Shown here piece after piece: positions 41,541 to 55,330 of a DNA stretch of 64,000 nucleotides. The DNA is from Octopus bimaculoides (taxonomy: Eukaryota). The stretch covers positions 1,460,302-1,524,301 of the forward strand of contig NC_068993.1 of the NCBI RefSeq assembly GCF_001194135.2, given 5' to 3'. The position numbers were made by a program, and so were the translations under genes. Positions within the stretch are counted from its first letter, which is position 1, and every line of letters starts with the position of its first letter. Under the pieces are notes generated by a model that made no database searches, was not told where the DNA came from, and was given only the letters and a program-made list of their open reading frames with translations.

Positions 41541-43766
41541 TTAAAAGAAGTCAATCAGCTGAGAAAAATGGAATGTAAACAGTTTGGCAGAAGCTAAACA
41601 CCAACAACACATGGTCACACTTCCAACACGGTTTCCTCTTCTCTGCAAGAATTACGTCCAAACGAGAATTCATTTATCCATTCTATTATTCATATATTCC
41701 ATAAAATACTTTTTTTTATTTTTATTTTAATAATTTCGTTTTAAACTTTTGAAGCTAAATTATCTCTGTTTTTATTTCTTTAATTTAAATTTCTGCAATT
41801 AATAAAAGATAATAATAATTCGGTGTTAATTAACAACTTCCGGTTAACTTGTGTCATGGTAAATGTTGGCAAGAGTGTTTAATTATTCGTTATTGTTTCG
41901 TCCCCAGGTCAACTCTGAACGAACAGATCTATAATGGAAAGTGTCCCAGTACATCAAAGAGTTCGTCCATTGTCCAATATAACCTTTATTTAAAGACGGT
42001 AGCCTGCGATCTGTGGGAGATTGGGCTATTTTTTAGCAACCGTTTTATGGTTTAGCCCCTGGTAAACTCTTAACAGGGCTATGCTTAAAAGCAATACACC
42101 CACGACCATCCCTGCTTGTGCTTTTTTTTCAGTATTATATATAACCCAGACAACATAATCAATGCCTCCTTTCTTAATATGGTAGGATGTAATTTAAGAG
42201 AAATCTGGCTGCTATTTCTAACAGGTCGAACATCCGCGTAACATCATAGCAAGTGCTCACATCTTTACAAACCTTCTTCGACGTGGAGAAACGGATACAT
42301 TGCCTACACTCTCCTTTGTATACCTTTTCTTCTGCATCTCCAGAGCTCATTGGTGGCACTATACTTCCACCCATGCCTACCTCATACATTTGTTTCCTCA
42401 CTCCATCTCAGATTCCGTTCTAACCATTATACCAATGCTTCTTCTCTGGAATATCCTCTCACTGGCGGTCATCCTTCACCCGCACTGTCCCCTGCAGTCC
42501 GACCACACCAACCTCCCCACGTCTTCGATGTCCGACGGACGCAGTTCCTTTCCTCTGACGAAACTTATTAAGTAAATAAACCTTTGAAGAGAAGGGACAG
42601 GCATTGAATAATAGAGATAAACACCTTTAAGTTGACGATAGACTGGAACAAGACTCTGTATTATATAGGTTTCCCTACACACCAAGGTCGACTTTGCCAT
42701 TCATCCTTTTGGGTGGGTGGAGGGGTCGATGAAATAAGTACAAGTGGAACACAGGTCAATGCAATGAAACTCTTCCCATAGACAAAAATTGCTGGTCTTG
42801 TGCAGAAATTAGAAATCATTATTATGGTGTGGGGCTGGCAGAGTTGTTAGCTTGCCAGGCGAAATGTTTAGCGGCCTTTTTTCCGTCTTTACGTTCTGAG
42901 TTCGAATTCCGCCAAGGTCGATTTTTACCTTTCATTCTTTTGGGGATGGATAAATTAAGCACCAGTTCAAATTCTGCTGAGGTCGACTTTGCCTTTCATC
43001 CTTTTGGGGGTTGATAGATTAAGTACTAGTTGCATACTGAGGTTGATCTAATCGACTGGCCCCTTTTTATTTTTATTATTATTTGTAGTAGAAATAGAGT
43101 CACTAAAAGCTTGCATCTTCAGATTTATTAGTAAAACATCTTTGTTGGTTCAATAATTTCTATGTTAATGTACAATTTCCACACTAATGCAAAAAGTGTG
43201 TGGGTGTGTAGACACACACAGTCACGTTGGTTCAGGATTATGATGATCACCTTGCAACAACATTGATTTGGGTTCAATTCCATGGAATGGATTTGGTAGA
43301 CAAAAATAAAAGAAGTCTGTTGCTTGCACACACACACACACACACACAGAATTTGCAAATATGGCCTGATACCTTGTGTCATGTGTTTGCTAATTGCTTT
43401 AAATGCATAACATCATTGCACACAGTCAAGAGTTCAAGCCTTGGTTGTGCCCCTGAGTAAAGTATGTGTATATTCTGGTTTGGTGCCACTCCTGTTCTTT
43501 ATAGCTGAGCAGTTAAGTACAGACTCACCTGTAAGAAAAGAGAAGAAAAAAACTGTCCCAACAACTAAATGGACCCCAGCCCAACACAAACATGGAATAA
43601 TAAAGATAAAAATAGAATAAGATGACAAAATAAAGTAAACAGCAAATGTTTATTTATCAGAAGCATAAATATTATCAAACATTAATAAACTGACATCAGC
43701 AATAATATAAAACTACAACAAATAACGATTCATATAAAACTACAAAGTAAGACATTAGACAGCACA

Positions 43767-43805
<39 letters not shown>

Positions 43806-46078
43806 TATATATAAAGATATATCAACCAAGATGGGGAGTGAAAGACATAATGATATGTACAGTAAGACATAAGTATATAGACAAGATATAACTACACACA
43901 CACACACACATATATAATGACAATTACAAAGTAAATCATATACACAATATATCCAGAAAGACATAATGTGTGTGTTATACACACACACATAAATAGAGAG
44001 AGTTCCGAAACTGAAAAACCAACCATTATTCACGACTGAATTTCACATAACCAATCAGAAGACAGAAATGAACTGAAATATATTGGAACAAAACATTATA
44101 TTGCTCCAGAAGATCATTTATATGTTATGACTGGTTCCATGAAACTCAAAGTAATGGTTTTACAAAGTTTTCCAGTTTCAACAAGACTGCATTTTACTTT
44201 TGGGTCTTTAAGCATCATTTTCTCCATCTTGTTTTGCACTTATGAAACCCCCTATACTGCCTCCCCCTCTACTATATACACAAAAACACACACACACTTA
44301 TAATATATATATAAGTTATTTTCAACTTGCAAGCTGTTTCATTTGAAAATCAATACAACTAAATCTTGATTCTTGAGAGTATCCAAAACAACTGACAGTT
44401 CTTCAGAGTGGAAGAGATAGTGGTCAACTTCTGGTAATGCAGGGACATAAGTCTGGAGAGGAGGGGGAAAGAAGACCCATTCAGCTGAAGGGGAAGACTA
44501 TATACACCCTGTCGCACATTTATACATCTATACCCATAAACAAGTGTATAAAATTACAGAAACTGAAGACGGAGAAATAGATACACAGAGTTGAGGAGAA
44601 TCAAGGAATGGGCACACGTGCCTTGATATACACACATGCACTCACTCATCTACATATAAACAGACACCTGCACACACACTCACACTTCTACTCAGGCATG
44701 TATACACACACACACACACACTTGACAGACAGACAGACATGTATACACATACAAACACCTCTACAGACAGCCATGTATGTTATACACACAAATGCACAGA
44801 ATACAAAATGAAAATGATTGAAAACACACAGAAAGAACTCAATACAATAAATAAGGTGTTTAAGGAGAAAGGGAGGAAGAGAGAAAATAGGAAGCGTATT
44901 GTCAAAAATTGGAGAAGAGACAGGTAAAGATGAGAAGTTATGGGAGGTGAGGTGATTATCATGTGATGAAGATGAAAATAGGTGCTGAGATTAAACATGG
45001 AGGTACTTTTGTCATGGTGTGTAGCAGCCATGTGGCAAAATGCATGTGTGTAACTGGTTGCAGGGAAGGGTGTGTGTGATGTTGTATGAAGTGGTGTACA
45101 ATATGAATTGCACTGTGTGTGTATGCACGAGTGATTTTATAGCATATATGAATTGTATTGTCTGACTTGTTGCCAAGTTAGATGATTTTGAGATGTTTTC
45201 CAAATTTATTGGACAGTAAGCAGAAATTAAATTGCAGAGGAAAGAGTTAAGTGAATAGATAAAGGGTTTGTGGAAGTCTGTAATGTAGAAGATGAGGGGG
45301 TTAGGTATTGTGAGGGTGGTGGGGTTAGAAAAGAAAGGGAGCAGAGGGCAGAGAGTTTAGCTCAAGTGATCTCACACACACACGTAGACTGGTCTCAAAT
45401 AGGATAAAGGGACTGAATTGACCAGGGCTCAGTGTCCAGTAGCATGGTCAAGAGTCAAAGTCCCTAAAGCAATCAGGTTGATGGATAGTGGTCCATGGAG
45501 GGAGGATGGAAGAGGCATGAGTGGTGGTGATGGATGCAGGAAAAATAATCTATTATACAGATGGAAGGAGAACAGTGTTAGCAGGTCTGTGAGATGAGTG
45601 GAGACAGGTTGCAAGAGGCAGAAACCAGAGGATAGAGGGTGTCAAATATATAGAAAATAAAATAAAACATGAAAAAAAAATCTGTACAACCATAACATAC
45701 AGACAGAGAGCCATTCATACCTAAATGTATAGCAACAGATGCACACATGAACAGATATGCAATTACACACACACACAGACAAGATAGACAACAGACTTAA
45801 TGAAACTATTGGGTGTTTTAGAACAGAGTCCTGATGTGTAGATTCTAGTCTTGGTGGTTGTATGTGTGTATCTGTAGATGTGTGTGGGGGTATTTCTGAA
45901 TGAGATGATGGGTATGTGTGTGTATTGATGAATATGTTCATGTTTAAGTGAAGGGTGGCTGGGGCCCAAAGTAAAGACAAAAAAAAAAAAAAATGGAGCA
46001 ATATCTGCAGCATTTACCTGCCCTAAGGTTAATGAAGTTCAGATGTTAAGAAGTTGGAAGTACCTGTATGCTTTAAAG

Positions 46079-46279
46079 CAATGGGTTCACAAAATTTATC
46101 TGCAATAAATCGGTTTTACTTCTACAATACTCAAAATATTAAAATTTTGTTTTTATAAAATTCCAAATAATATTTAATCATAAAGATATAATAGGATTTT
46201 TTTTTACACAAGTGAGGGTCCAGGAGGGTCAAGTAGAAATCAAAAGGTTCCACGGGTTAAAAATTATTGGGAATCACTG
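46079..46279 (-). mobile_element. hAT-type MITE with 8-bp target site duplication
   Basis: CTTTAAAG at 46071-46078 and at 46280-46287 flanks imperfect TIRs (CAATGGGTTCACAA / TTGGGAATCACTG). Confidence 0.75.
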
Positions 46280-47610
46280 CTTTAAAGGTTTTGTGTGGAT
46301 AGCATATATTCTTTTCGGTGCTTATTTAATAGCTTGGGTCATTTGGTTTTTTCCCCTTGTGTACCCCAATGGTGCATAAATTACACGGACAGTGGTCACT
46401 AGAATAAGCTTTTGCATTAGCCATTTGTTCCCAATTTAATTTACATTAAAGTACCCAGATGTATTTTGACAGTTATTTCTACCAGTGTTGCAAAAGAGTG
46501 TGTGTGTGTGTGTGTTGTAAAGAGGTGGAAATTTGTCATATCATTCCCGTCCATACTGTGGGGAGGGGGCAATCCCTTGTTAATGCTATCATTGCAGTAT
46601 GGATAGACAGATATCAAGATGAAGGTAAGTGAGTGCATATTTGTATGTTGATGTGTGTGTTCTTTGGTTCTCCTTAATTCTGGGCATCGATTTGTCTTCA
46701 GCTTCTGCAATACATATACACGTGTATATGGGTGTATATAATAAATGCTTGGCAAGGTGTAAATAGTCAGCCCCTTTTGCTGGATGGAACTCCTTCCTCA
46801 CTCCTCCGAAGACCTTCTGCCCAAGCATTACCAAAAACTGACCAGTACTCTTTCCCCTTAACACGAATTAAGGCCAGAAGGAGCACCATCAGTTACATCT
46901 GATACTCTGAAGAATTTGGATACAGCCGTTACTGGTCTCCAGATGAAACCATGAAACCCCTGGCAAATGGTAACGATGTGTGTGCGCATTTCTATGTATG
47001 TATGCATAAATATATATTTAATGATAAGAGCCTGTTGTTTCAAGTTTCATATCTACTTAAAAGGGAAAAAAAAGTCATCTTCACCCAACCGACAAACCCA
47101 TGTTCTGAAAAGGGAAAAAACAAACAACAAAGGCCATACGTGACATCCACGAAGACACTTTGTAGTTCTTCCTTCCAACATACAACAAAAGGAAATACAA
47201 CAATATTATGTCGTACAGTGTTATACTCCTTACAACATTTCTAAAGCTAGACATTCTTTTAGATATGTTCTTGAAATCAGACTCAAAGTTTGAAGTAACA
47301 ATGCAGTAATTTTAAATGACTAAATTGTATGTATAAATACATACACACATTCAGACATATATATAGACACACACACACATGTATATACACATTTACACAT
47401 ACACACACAAATATTTATACATACAAATATATACACACACACATTTAGACATACATAAAGGCATATGTATATACAGACATACACATATATAGATTATTAT
47501 AGACATATATTAACACATACAGATACATATATATACGTACACACAGACACACACAAATTGAAATTAAAGCAATGTTATATGAAATCTTGTAGAAAAATTT
47601 ACAAAGTTGT

Positions 47611-47643
<33 letters not shown>

Positions 47644-50187
47644 TAGAGAGAGAGAGCAGAATAAACATGAGGACATTGAGAGTATTTTGAGAATACCACA
47701 TACACACACACAGAAAGAATAAGTGTAAGAAACATAAGGCGAAAGAACACACACATACAAATACAGTCACATATAAATGCACAAACAGTGGAATAGAGAG
47801 AGAGAGAGAGAGAGAAAAGAGAGGAAAAAGGAAGACTTCACAATTATAGAGATGTACAAGCAACAGAATGAATTTAGGAGACACAGTAAGATGCAATATG
47901 CACATACATTAAAACAGAGAAAGAGAGAAAAAGAGAGAGAGAAACAGAAAGAGTGGGGAGAGAGGAATCTACAGACACTCAGGTAGGAGACCAGAGGTGG
48001 CCTCACAAAATAGATATAGAAAGAAGAAAACATGCCTTGAATGTGGAAGGACAAGTGAAATGTGAGAACCATGTGTGGTGAGGTGCAGATGTAGAGGATG
48101 AGGTAACATTAATGGAAGTTGTGGAGTAGAATCACTCCTTTCCCAGACTGAAGATAAAACACTCTTCCTTGTGTCCGTAGCATCGGGATGTACTTTTGTG
48201 TAGGGTAACCCTACAGAGTGAGAGGCAACCCATGGAGGGATTAGTTCAATTTAAAAGGGACAGGATATGAGTTTCAAGGGTGCAACTAAAAGGGTCAGTC
48301 AAGGAGAATGTGGACTTTGGACTCAGTATGGTTTGGTAAATGAAGAACCAAGAATGGTACCACGGGTGTGTGTGTGTTGGGGTGGATGTTCAAGGTTGGA
48401 TGTGGCTTGGAATAAGGGTCCTCCTGAATAGAAGGTCACAGATTCTTATTCCATTTGAAGGTAAGAGGTGGAAGAAGGCTCAGGAAAGAGCAACACATTT
48501 AGGGGATTTGATTTCAGAAAAAGACAAACTGCTGAGGAGAATGTACTGAAGCAGTTGGATTGAGGATTTGCAGAATGCCTCGTCTCTGAAATACTAAGGA
48601 ATTCTGAGATAAGTGACACTTTGGTGTTACTGGGAAAGAATTGTAGTAGTTTTAAGGACAAAGTCTGAGTTCTGAAGGAGGAGAAATACAGAGTTACTCA
48701 GCTGGCAGAAATAGCAAAATATTTCATTTTTTCCCTCCATTAATAATAATATTTTTTTTTTTTTTGTATAATGCCAGGGGTACAAATTTTTTTTTGTATA
48801 ATGCCAGGGGTACAAATATATGATGTATGGGTGTGCAGGTCTGCTGGTTCTGTTTGTAGGAGAAAGAATCAGAAAGAAGATTTAGAGCTGAAAACAGGAG
48901 AACATACAAAAAAAAAATGCAATGAAACAAGAAAAATAAATAAAAAGGAAAATTCAAGCAATAAAACAGTCTTTGTTGTATCGAGATGNNNNNNNNNNNN
49001 NNNNNNNNNNNNNNNNNNNNNNNNNNNNNNNNNNNNNNNNNNNNNNNNNNNNNNNNNNNNNNNNNNNNNNNNNNNNNNNNNNNNNNNNNNNNNNNNNNNN
49101 NNNNNNNNNNNNNNNNNNNNNNNNNNNNNNNNNNNNNNNNNNNNNNNNNNNNNNNNNNNNNNNNNNNNNNNNNNNNNNNNNNNNNNNNNNNNNNNNNNNN
49201 NNNNNNNNNNNNNNNNNNNNNNNNNNNNNNNNNNNNNNNNNNNNNNNNNNNNNNNNNNNNNNNNNNNNNNNNNNNNNNNNNNNNNNNNNNNNNNNNNNNN
49301 NNNNNNNNNNNNNNNNNNNNNNNNNNNNNNNNNNNNNNNNNNNNNNNNNNNNNNNNNNNNNNNNNNNNNNNNNNNNNNNNNNNNNNNNNNNNNNNNNNNN
49401 NNNNNNNNNNNNNNNNNNNNNNNNNNNNNNNNNNNNNNNNNNNNNNNNNNNNNNNNNNNNNNNNNNNNNNNNNNNNNNNNNNNNNNNNNNNNNNNNNNNN
49501 NNNNNNNNNNNNNNNNNNNNNNNNNNNNNNNNNNNNNNNNNNNNNNNNNNNNNNNNNNNNNNNNNNNNNNNNNNNNNNNNNNNNNNNNNNNNNNNNNNNN
49601 NNNNNNNNNNNNAAATATTCAGCCTCTGACAATACAAAGTAATTATGAGAAGACACTCTTTTATATGTTCACTGATTGCTGCCAGTTGCTACATTTATGA
49701 GGGATATCTGTCCACTTTAAAGGAATAAAATAATTTCATAAATGGTGGCACCAAGCTGAAGCCAGAGAAAATATTAGAGCTAAACTGTGATTAGTCTCCT
49801 TGCCCCAGTCAGCCCTCATTCAGTCGTACAATGGCATGGAGACCAGAAATACCAAAGTTTGGCATTCAATGAAAACATTTATCCATCTTTATTGTGGGTA
49901 GACCGACGTAACATTTAAGGTTTTCAAAAACTTTAAATCTTAAGACTAGAGATGCCCATTATAAGGATGGCAGATGATTAAATGAGGAAACAGGTGAGAT
50001 GACTTTGTAAGAAATGCCTTAGATGGTTTGCATGAAACAGGTTTTGGTGATTAAGGAAAAGAAAAAAAAAACATGAAGTTGATAATGGTTAAAAGATTGC
50101 TTTTGCTAGATATTTCATGGAAGCTTTTATGACAAATTACAAAATGAAACGTCTTTGACAAGCATGACCGGTTCATTATCATTTCAG

Positions 50188-51623
50188 TGTGTTATTAGAC
50201 CCTTAATTAAATACTTCTAAGGTTTTCAGGTAAGTCAAGAGTGTCAACTTTCTAATTAAAGGGTTGTATTTCACATCCAACATTACCAGACCCTGTCATT
50301 GGTGCCATGCTGTGTTTATGGTCAACATAATAAACTCGGTTAATGGCTAAGTCCACTAAATATAAACAGGTATCAAAAAAGAAGGCTAAGTTCATTAACT
50401 GAAAGCAATAGGGCCACTGTTAATTGACTAATGTTTTTGTTAGCTTGCAGTGCTGAGTTCAAATTATTCCTCGGTCTTCATCATACTGACACCTCCTCCA
50501 CTAACTTCTGGATACAAGAAGAAAATGGTGAATCGCTTTATAATTATTCCTATGCCATAAAGTTTGCAAATCAATCATTTTATTCATGTGATACAGAACA
50601 AATAGTCTGGCACCCCCATCATTCCCTTCTGTCTTGGAATTCTTATGGTTCAATTCCACTGCAAGCACCTTCTAAGTTTTGGGTGAACCAAACACTTGTG
50701 GGTGGAAATCAATAAACAAAAGTTGTATGGAAGTCCATCAGTGGACCATTCCTGTTCTTGGGTGATGGGCTTAATCTGAATACCATCGCCTCGTTCTTTG
50801 GATAGTTGCTTTCAGCAGACTCCACCGCCATTTAGTGAAGCCTATTCTGTCATCACCTACTTTGATGCTACTCTTTGGCCATTAGTTGAATTCATTGTTA
50901 TCCCCTACTGCCATCACTTAGCCATTAGTTGAGCCCATTCTGTTGCCATGTTGAGGATAACTTCCTGTCCCAAGTCTTGGAGGCCTTGAAAAAGGTCCAC
51001 AGGAATTCCCCTTGCAACTGAGACTCAGCCATTCAGAGAGCAGTTCAGCACCTTGACTCTGACACAAAAAAGGGAAATGAATGAAGATCACAACCACTTC
51101 ACCCAGAGGCTGACACTTTACCCACGACATGAAGATTACAGCAATTGGTCAGTACTGAAATGGAATTCTCAAACGGTCACTCCATCTCTGTAGCAACCAT
51201 GTCTTATGATGCACAACTTTGCAGTCAGAGACTGAGATTTCTGGTAGGAAAGGAATGACACAAGAATTAGGCAAAGACTTCAAAAGAAACAAACAATGTT
51301 TAGTTTGTACAATATATAGCATTTCTATTTTGTAGAAGGGCCAAAAAATTATTTCATTAAAATGTTTGAATTGTGAATGATTATTCTACTGCTAGAGGAA
51401 GCAAAATTAATGGTAATCGTGTAGAAGAGATGAAAAGATGATGATAAAGATAATATTGTAAGACGTAGCACTGAATATCAAATGAAATGTAGGGGTTTCT
51501 AGGTATATCGATTGATTGCATCTATAGTGAGACATCATCATCATCGTTTATGTGGCAAAATCCTGAAACAGATGTTACAAATGAATTAAAGAACACCAAG
51601 TCAATGGCCATGTTCTTTTTCTC

Positions 51624-51655
<32 letters not shown>

Positions 51656-53481
51656 TGTGTGTATGCAAGACCTGTTACTGTTATTTTTGGAACTATAATG
51701 TACTACAAAATAAATTCACAGATTTCAGTAAACACTGTGTAAATAATTTAAACATAATTACACTGGACAGTCAAAAATGACTGTCTTTTTTTTTATACAA
51801 TCTCATCTGGACAGAAAAGAAGAATCAACTGAACTCCTTTCAATATTTGAGATTTCATCAGCAACTGACTACCCGCATCCAACTGAAATCTATAGATTTA
51901 TTTTGCAGTACACGAGAGTGGGGGGGGGGGAGATGATCAGCATTCATGCAATCAAGGAAAAGGGTTGCTAGAAAATGTGATGATAGTAAAAAAGACCACA
52001 TTTGGAACATTTGAATGCTTTTGTTTTAGTATTTACACAGTGATATTTACAAACAAAAAAGAGCAACCATTTCAAGGTTTTCATTTAAAACATTAGAAAT
52101 GTCCTGAAACATTATTCCAAGTATTGGGAAATGATAAATTGAGCATCTTCTGTTAGGGAGAGTATTAGAAGAAAAGGTATGACTGTTCTGTTTAGTAACA
52201 GTGATATGTTTATTGCAGTAATGGTAAAAGTCCTGCTTAGAAGCTATACCATGGCTAATAGTAGTAGTAGTAGTACTAACTGATACTAAGGCGTACTATG
52301 TCTAATAACAGCAGCATTTATAGAATATTTACGGAACAGCATTTTGGTAAGCAGAGAGCGACAAATTTTGAAGGAAGGAATAACAACATGATTGACCCCA
52401 GTTCATGACCGGTACTGATTTTATTGACCAGAGGCAAATTTAAGACATTGGCAGCCTCTAAATCATCACTCTTCTGATTTTACTATTAGTTGTATGAAGT
52501 GACAGGGATTATTGGAACATAACTTTTAAGTAACTAAGTCGCTTGTGTAACAAAGCTCTTTGTAACATTGTTACTTGTGTAACAGAATACTTAGTAATGA
52601 TGTTACTAATATAAAAGAGGTCTTGATAATGGTCTTGGTACTGTAATACTTCTTTGTAGTATTTTTGGTAGAGTTAAAATTGTGTTATTTTAAGCTCCAG
52701 GTTAATAATCATCAAGTAGAGTCATGGTCAAACTTATTCCTGGCATGACCATCCCAACGTTTCAGTAGTATTTAAGACTACATTATCTAATGTCCATCCT
52801 TCTATTTATAAGACAGTGGATTGTGATTCAAGACAGATTTAGTTGCTATTTCTAGCAGATCAAAAGACCACATGTGATACTTTTTTTTCTTTTTAAGTGT
52901 TTTAGTGCTTGTTCTTAATTAGAATTATTATTAGTAGTTTCAATATAGTAATTAATAATTGTGTTAATTGTAATATGTTTACTATTGTTAACAATGGTTT
53001 GTTAATTGTCATATCAATTAAGAGACAGACAACCATTACTCTGAAATCTATCCATATTTATAATCATATAATTAATTGCTGGTCAGGATACCATATTTTG
53101 TTACGCAACCATAACATACTACAAAGTATATTAAAGGCTTTTTAAGCCAATACTGCATCCTTCCTGTGTTAGCAGTGCTATTCAGTCAGTTTCAGGGCTG
53201 GCTTTAATTTCTAAAGAAAACCTGTAGAGATAACTTTAAAAGAAGGTAATTAAACAATTGTTAGCACAACTTTCTTAAATATAAATCTAAACAATGTTAT
53301 CTTCTCAGAATTATTAATAAAGCTGATAATATTTTTACAAGAACAAAATAATGAATCACATACATACAACATGTGTGTATGTGTAAAATATATATAAAAC
53401 ACAACCAGGACTAGAATTTGAAAAAAAGATTAAGGTTTCCTGTATTTTGTGAGAAACAAAATACTTCGTGTTTATCAAACA

Positions 53482-53558
<77 letters not shown>

Positions 53559-54604
53559 ATATATATATATGAATGGATGTATACAAACTCTGAGAATTAG
53601 AAAACTAATAGAAAGCCACACATTTTGGCTATCATGGAATTAATGTTTTCTTTTCTCCAATTATAATTTTTGTATTTAAGTGTGAAAGAAAAATGGTGTT
53701 GTATGTGTTAGAATTAAAATGTGTAGAGACACACACAGACTTTTTTTTGTTCATTTTGCGATCCAGAAGCCTGAAGTGCCCAGACCAAGACCCCTTTCTT
53801 TGTGTTCCGAGTATGTAATGTTTGTGATATGTAAGGTAAAACTGTTTTTACATACCTGGATCTAAGATTTTATTCAAGCAACTTTATGACTCTCTTCTGC
53901 TTATGAACAGCTTCAGAAAAAAACAAAAAGCAGCGTGTGTGTGTGTGTGTGTGTCTGTGCATGCACTTGGGATATTGTGCAAAAAATAAAAACTTTTTAA
54001 TGGGTTTTTCAAACATGTTTAAAGAACACTTTTCTATGATTACTGGGATTTGAATGGAAATGGTTAACCAAACTATTAGAATTAATCCCAGACTCATGGA
54101 TTTAAAGCTGAAACTTTCACTGTGATTCCTGTAGACATCATTAGTTGATTAATAATGTCACTATCAACAAATATAAAACTTTTTAAAACAAAAAGAAAAT
54201 ATAAAATATTTTCCCCAAAACATAAAAATAGTAAAATAGTCTGTGACCTACATAACTAAACTAATTTCAATCCAATATTATATAAGAATCAGAGCTGCAA
54301 CCACGGGCTCAGTCCAACTAGCTGTGGAATAGGTTCCATGGACAAGGAAGCTAAGAACAAAACAAGAAGAACTGCGTATGGACTGCTGACTATTTTGTTT
54401 TGTTTTATCTAACAGTGCAATGTCTGAATCTGTTCATAAAGAGGATCTACAAATTAGAACAAGAGGTGGGTGACTCAGTTTTGCTCAATGACTTGAAAAC
54501 AGAAATCAAACTCCAGTCTATTGAATTATTTTCAATAACAATCCTGGATAATTAATAACAAATAATTAGTCCTTTCAGCGACAGTTGCTGCAGCAATGTA
54601 TTAA
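50188..54604 (+). CDS. Putative small spliced gene of unknown function; best-supported exons 53767-53810, 54416-54465, 54579-54604; upstream candidates 50188-50229 and 50451-50527
   Basis: Phase-consistent chain KPEVPRPRPLSLCS|DAMSESVHKEDLQIRTR|ATVAAAMY* with canonical sites (ttttgcgatccag/gtatgt; ttttgttttatctaacag/gtgggt; cctttcag). No family recognised. Confidence 0.35.
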
Positions 54605-55330
54605 CATGAATTGGTTATTGAACGCCTGAGTCACAGTAAAACTTCGTTTTTGCAGCCTTCATTTATTTAAGATATTTAATAACTTTCCAGCTAAGCTATA
54701 GCTGAGCTCTTGTTATCTCAGAAGCTCATCATAAAACAATTTTAATTGAACTATTCATTAATTCCACTAATTGCTGAAATATTTATAATTGTGAACTGTT
54801 TTTTTGAAGAGACTCAAACTAGAATTATATTTCTATATTAGAGGCAAATAAAAAGTCCCTACCAAGTTTGGAGAGAGAGAGAGATATGGTCAGTATAAAA
54901 CAGAAAATATACACAGATTATACAATAAGCTGTCATTGATCTTGTGTAGTCCAAGGTGGACCTTGACTGAGCTGACCTATACCCAACCATTTTAGGAAAG
55001 AAGAGTTTAAGTGTAAATTGAGAGATCTGACTGCTATTACTAGCCAGTTGAATGACCATAGAGAAGCCTCTTCATGCACTCACAAAAATAGTAGGTTTGA
55101 AAACAAAACTGAGATAGAAATAAAAATTTTGAAAAAGCTAAGCTGAAAATAATGCAATAAGCTAAAAACCCGAGTAAATATGACATTTAGGTATTTAAAG
55201 GGATCAAATAAAAATTTATAAACATGCAGCAATCAGAAGATACAAACACACAACAATCACCCTCATTCCAACAACCAAGGAAACATTAATGGTAAATTCT
55301 TCACAAAGTTTGCAGATTTTGAATTACAAG

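Noticed and set aside
48100-48720. Possible further decayed Penelope/LINE fragments (also 2870-3390, 42174-42570, 50720-51240)
   Set aside because: Probably old mobile DNA, but no diagnostic motif was clear enough to classify.
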